A stretch of DNA of 64,000 nt from Podarcis bocagei (lineage: Eukaryota): assembly GCA_964188305.1 (NCBI GenBank), contig OZ076893.1, one strand, 5' to 3'. The notes beneath the pieces are model-generated. The model ran no database searches. It worked only from the letters and a program-made list of their open reading frames with translations, and was not told where the DNA came from. Position 1 is the stretch's first letter; each line of letters opens with the position of its first letter. Both the position numbers and the translations under genes were made by a program. This document shows, one piece after another, positions 61,601 through 64,000 of the stretch.

Positions 61601-63251
61601 GGGATAGCTGCGCAGCCTGCATTCGCTCCATAAGACGCACACACATTTCCCCTTACTTTTTAGGAGGGAAAAAGTGAGTCTTATAGTGCAAAAAATACGG
61701 TAATTTGTGCCTTGTTTAGCACTTATCACATTTTACCCCAGATGATAATAGTAGTAGCACAATGAATGAACCAAACTGTTTCGAAAGACCACTATGGAAG
61801 CAAAGAACATTAAAATAACCCATCAGAGAAGGGGACAGATTTACGGGAGAGATGGGGAACCAGCAAAATCTTTGTGGAAACTGCAGCTTGGGTGGGAAAA
61901 GACCAAATGTAAAAAGGCTTTGTTCAACCCCGACTGCTTTCTTTTTTGGAGGCAGGGGGAGGGAGTGGAAATCTATGTGCTATGTGTATGGGTGGCATAA
62001 GTGGGGGTGGCCATGACCAGTTTGTGCATTTCCACACTTGTTATGGCCCAGCCTATCACTGACATGCAGTCCTCAGAGAGTTGGCCAAAAGGGAATGCAA
62101 CCTTGAACTGAAAAAGGTTTCTCACCCCGCTTTACTGGAACCTTTAATTAGGATAAATTAATACATTTGCATTTTTCAAACTTCTCCGGGGAAAGTGTCA
62201 CATGCCATTTCATTAGTCACTGCATGACACACAAAGTACTTTCTTATTAAATGTATTGCACAAAACAGCTCTCTTGTCCAAATTGTGCCGTCGCCTAATC
62301 CAAGTAATTCCTCAGGAGTAAAAAGACATTGATGGGAAAGATACATCATTTCGTGGTTCAAAATTTACATAAGCTCTCTAGATTCATATTTGGGTCAGTC
62401 AGATTCCGTTTGATCACATTCCCTTCTTCCTCAGTTGTCTATTCTATTTAAAGTATTTTCATCTATTTAAAGTGTTTTCATCAACAACAGTGCTTAGATG
62501 TATTCTGAAAAGAATCAAGCAGGCCAATCTACAGCTCATGGGGTTTTCATTATACCTAGGACAGACTTTTCCATCCACTGAAATGTTTACTTTAATTGGT
62601 TTACTGATTTAGATTTTTATTTGTAGTCCATCTAATTTGTAGTCCATATAATTTATCATGGACAACTGAGATACAAATGTTCAGATAAATAAAAAATATA
62701 CAAATGTTCAGATAAATAAAAAATATATATAATGTAGACAGTTCTACCGACACATGAAGCAGTTTCTGATATTGCACCTAATGGGGAAGGCTTTGCACTT
62801 CTTAGCACTCCATATCTGTATTGTATTGGAGCTGCTGTATGATTTCTGGATCATGACTTGCCAAAGGTTTGTGCTTTTCTTTCTGTTGTAAACATGCCTG
62901 AAGAAACAATGGATCCTTACCCTCCTGATGATGCCTCTTGGCAAAAGACATATCTCCCTCATGCTGTGCATAGAATCTCTGGATGCACCTTCTCACCACA
63001 TCTTCCCAGCCAGGTTTCATAGCTGCTCGCATGGTACTAGTGTCAAGTGAAGTTATCTTGCCTGAAGGTATATAAGGCTGTTATTAGAAACCTACACCTG
63101 TTTTTTGTTGTTTTAATAAAAGAAGATTTGACTTGCACTTTCACGGTACCTTGCAGATCTTGACGAGTGCTAAATGTCTCTGATGAGGGCAGAAGCGGCC
63201 TTTCCTTCATTGGAACTCTTCTTGCCACACAAATCAAGCAAGACTGAAGAT
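31672..63251 (-). CDS. NCOA2: Nuclear receptor coactivator 2 (SRC-2/TIF2/GRIP1), 5'-partial; 16 coding exons equivalent to human exons 8-23
   Basis: PAS-B region, three LxxLL NR boxes (LLQLL, LHRLL, LRYLL), CBP-binding AD1 region (LLDQLY...[11 protein letters not shown]), Q-rich region and C-terminus ...[11 protein letters not shown]. All junctions are GT-AG and in phase. Confidence 0.97.
31736..32164 (+). mobile_element. L2 LINE ORF2 internal fragment in the last NCOA2 intron
   Basis: Translates [11 protein letters not shown]...[13 protein letters not shown]...[15 protein letters not shown]...[22 protein letters not shown], a typical L2 post-RT region; one stop codon. Confidence 0.9.
32300..32389 (-). 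CDS. NCOA2: NCOA2 exon 22 (90 nt)
   Basis: ccgtag|GTT ... CGG|gtaaga; [30 protein letters not shown]. Confidence 0.95.
32754..32952 (-). CDS. NCOA2: NCOA2 exon 21 (199 nt)
   Basis: ctgcag|C ... CAG|gtgaga; [19 protein letters not shown]...SMGPEQ. Confidence 0.95.
33985..34330 (+). mobile_element. L2 LINE 3' end fragment
   Basis: gggccttttct...gaatgctctcccc...tttaggcgccagg, T-rich UTR and a short tandem-repeat tail. Confidence 0.65.
34583..34760 (-). CDS. NCOA2: NCOA2 exon 20 (178 nt)
   Basis: tccag|GA ... ACAG|gtaggt; [25 protein letters not shown]. Confidence 0.95.
35265..35493 (-). CDS. NCOA2: NCOA2 exon 19 (229 nt)
   Basis: ctgcag|GGA ... TATG|gtattg; [21 protein letters not shown]...QQFPFPPNY. 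Confidence 0.95.
37078..37155 (-). CDS. NCOA2: NCOA2 exon 18 (78 nt)
   Basis: cctag|AAT ... CAG|gtgagg; [26 protein letters not shown]. Confidence 0.94.
37255..37465 (+). mobile_element. CR1 LINE 3' end fragment
   Basis: aggaagaactttct...tttaagcagaggctggatggccatctgtc...ggttggactagatgacc and (ATTCTATG)n terminus. Confidence 0.85.
37510..37788 (-). CDS. NCOA2: NCOA2 exon 17 (279 nt)
   Basis: cagcag|AGC ... CAG|gtattt; SQAVEPEPF...[13 protein letters not shown]. Confidence 0.95.
37949..38171. mobile_element. Tc1/mariner-superfamily (Tigger-like) MITE
   Basis: TIRs CAGTGGTACCTCGGGTTA ... TAACCCAAGGTACCACTG, TA TSD. Confidence 0.88.
38195..38445. mobile_element. Second Tigger-like MITE, related subfamily
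   Basis: TIRs CAGTGGTACCTTGGTTCTCGAA ... TTCGAGAACCAAGGTATGACTG, TA TSD. Confidence 0.85.
38837..40584 (+). mobile_element. Full-length non-autonomous L1-like retroposon (about 1.75 kb), antisense in NCOA2 intron 16
   Basis: Perfect 17-bp TSD taaaccattcatatctt (38820-38836, 40585-40601), CpG-rich 5' end, AATAAA at 40556-40561 and an A-rich tail; no long ORF. Confidence 0.85.
41178..41550. mobile_element. Foldback/MITE-like element with about 85-bp inverted arms
   Basis: Arm 41178-41262 is the near-perfect reverse complement of 41465-41550. Confidence 0.75.
42000..42165 (-). CDS. NCOA2: NCOA2 exon 16 (166 nt; AD1/CBP-binding region)
   Basis: ttcag|G ... CAG|gtattg; [12 protein letters not shown]...[30 protein letters not shown]. 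Confidence 0.96.
44546..44675 (-). CDS. NCOA2: NCOA2 exon 15 (130 nt)
   Basis: cttcag|GG ... CG|gtaagt; [14 protein letters not shown]...[13 protein letters not shown]. Confidence 0.95.
45087..45302 (-). CDS. NCOA2: NCOA2 exon 14 (216 nt)
   Basis: tagtag|GG ... ATGG|gtaagc; [17 protein letters not shown]...QSQVMNM. Confidence 0.95.
46372..46578 (-). CDS. NCOA2: NCOA2 exon 13 (207 nt)
   Basis: tttag|CT ... CCAG|gtaact; [20 protein letters not shown]...GNLGNSSP. Confidence 0.95.
47538..47675. mobile_element. Palindromic squamate MITE (hAT-like)
   Basis: 23-bp perfect arms ttgctgaactacagctcccatca (47569-47591) and tgatgggagctgtagttcagcaa (47621-47643); weaker relatives near 14580-14680 and 42325-42475. 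Confidence 0.7.
48230..48440 (-). CDS. NCOA2: NCOA2 exon 12 (211 nt)
   Basis: tcaaag|CCT ... AGCA|gtgagt; [20 protein letters not shown]. Confidence 0.95.
52750..54013 (-). CDS. NCOA2: NCOA2 exon 11 (1264 nt; nuclear-receptor interaction domain, three LxxLL boxes)
   Basis: tttcag|G ... CAG|gtaaga; EQNVCGMN...KLLQLLTT...KILHRLLQD...[10 protein letters not shown]...FEPNEQ. Confidence 0.97.
57751..57898 (-). CDS. NCOA2: NCOA2 exon 10 (148 nt)
   Basis: tacag|TG ... CACAG|gtaatt; [19 protein letters not shown]...LHMLHR. Confidence 0.95.
59175..59432. mobile_element. hAT MITE
   Basis: Imperfect TIRs taggggtgagcaaac ... gtttgcctacccatg with a perfect 8-bp TSD ccctagtc. Confidence 0.85.
61442..61700. 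mobile_element. Tc2/pogo-like MITE, same family as 316-760, opposite orientation
   Basis: TIRs CCGTATTTTTCGCTCTATAAGAC ... GTCTTATAGTGCAAAAAATACGG, TA TSD, internal hairpin. Confidence 0.85.
62671..62724. repeat. 27-bp perfect tandem duplication
   Basis: atacaaatgttcagataaataaaaaat x2. Confidence 0.9.
62921..63061 (-). CDS. NCOA2: NCOA2 exon 9 (141 nt)
   Basis: ttcag|GC ... GAGG|gtaagg; [30 protein letters not shown]. Confidence 0.95.
63150..63251 (-). CDS. NCOA2: NCOA2 exon 8 (102 nt)
   Basis: ttaag|AT ... CAAG|gtaccg; [34 protein letters not shown]. Confidence 0.95.
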
Positions 63252-64000
63252 CTTAAATGGGACAAAATTATTTTTAATTGGAGGAAAAGGTTGGCTAAAC
63301 CTATGCTGGACCATATAATTATTTTTTAAAAAATTACACTAAAACAACAAAGATAAAAATATGACATGCAGAACTGATTATTTCCTTATTGTACCATCAT
63401 CTGACAGACCCCTTATGAATACGTAAATGGATTTTCAGTCTGCTCACTTTGCTTGCTACGCTGCATTCAAAACACAACAATGAAGATCTAAATGTATGTG
63501 GGAGACAAAACCTAAGTGCTAAAAAACTTACTCTAACCCTTTTTGTGACACCTCTTATCTCACACCACCCATTCCTTCTCCACTACTCCACATCCATAAG
63601 GATGGCAACCCAAATCTCCTCTCAAGCTCATAGGGCATAGCAATAACCAAATTGGTTCCTTAGATACAACATTCTATCACCTCGAAACATGATAGCATCA
63701 CATGAGGATCCTAGCAATTGCTCCCCCCTGGACTTCTCCAAATAAGATAAAGTGCCTCCCAAATCTTTTGTCCTTTCTCTCATGCCATCTTATTCACGCT
63801 TAGCGTCATATAAACAGTCTCACATTCAGACATCCCCAATTCAATCCCCAAAACTCCCAACCAAAAGATGAGTAATAACCACACCACAATAACTGCTGTC
63901 ATACATCTGATACCTAGCGCTCCTGCTCCCTATTACTTCCATGAATTACAAACAGGAAATTTTAAAACACCTACAATGCCAAATGTATAATGTCTAACAA

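Overview
Vertebrate genomic DNA, not microbial. A Sauria SINE and other squamate repeats point to a lizard, probably a lacertid. Two protein-coding genes lie in tandem on the minus strand in the conserved NCOA2-PRDM14 order. (1) The 3' two-thirds of NCOA2 (SRC-2/TIF2/GRIP1): 16 coding exons, equivalent to human exons 8-23, from 63251 to the stop at 31672, then a long AT-rich 3' UTR with two assembly gaps. (2) A complete PRDM14 (PR/SET domain plus six C2H2 zinc fingers): 7 coding exons from ATG 17524 to TAG 7811 (523 aa), a short first exon and a TATA box at about 17790, all in a roughly 12-kb CpG-rich domain. Exon boundaries were read by hand from GT/AG sites and keep frame; comparisons with human proteins and exon sizes are from memory, not a search. 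The rest is transposon-derived (SINEs, L1/L2/CR1 fragments, hAT and Tc1/mariner MITEs) or microsatellite. I found no new multi-gene system. The best leads are: a distal CpG island with outward-facing consensus splice donors on both strands (candidate alternative PRDM14 promoter plus divergent lncRNA); an in-frame upstream ATG giving a longer PRDM14 N-terminus; a full-length 1.75-kb non-autonomous L1-like retroposon with a perfect TSD in NCOA2; twin miniature hAT elements in the PRDM14 upstream island; and a candidate 29-nt poison exon in NCOA2.
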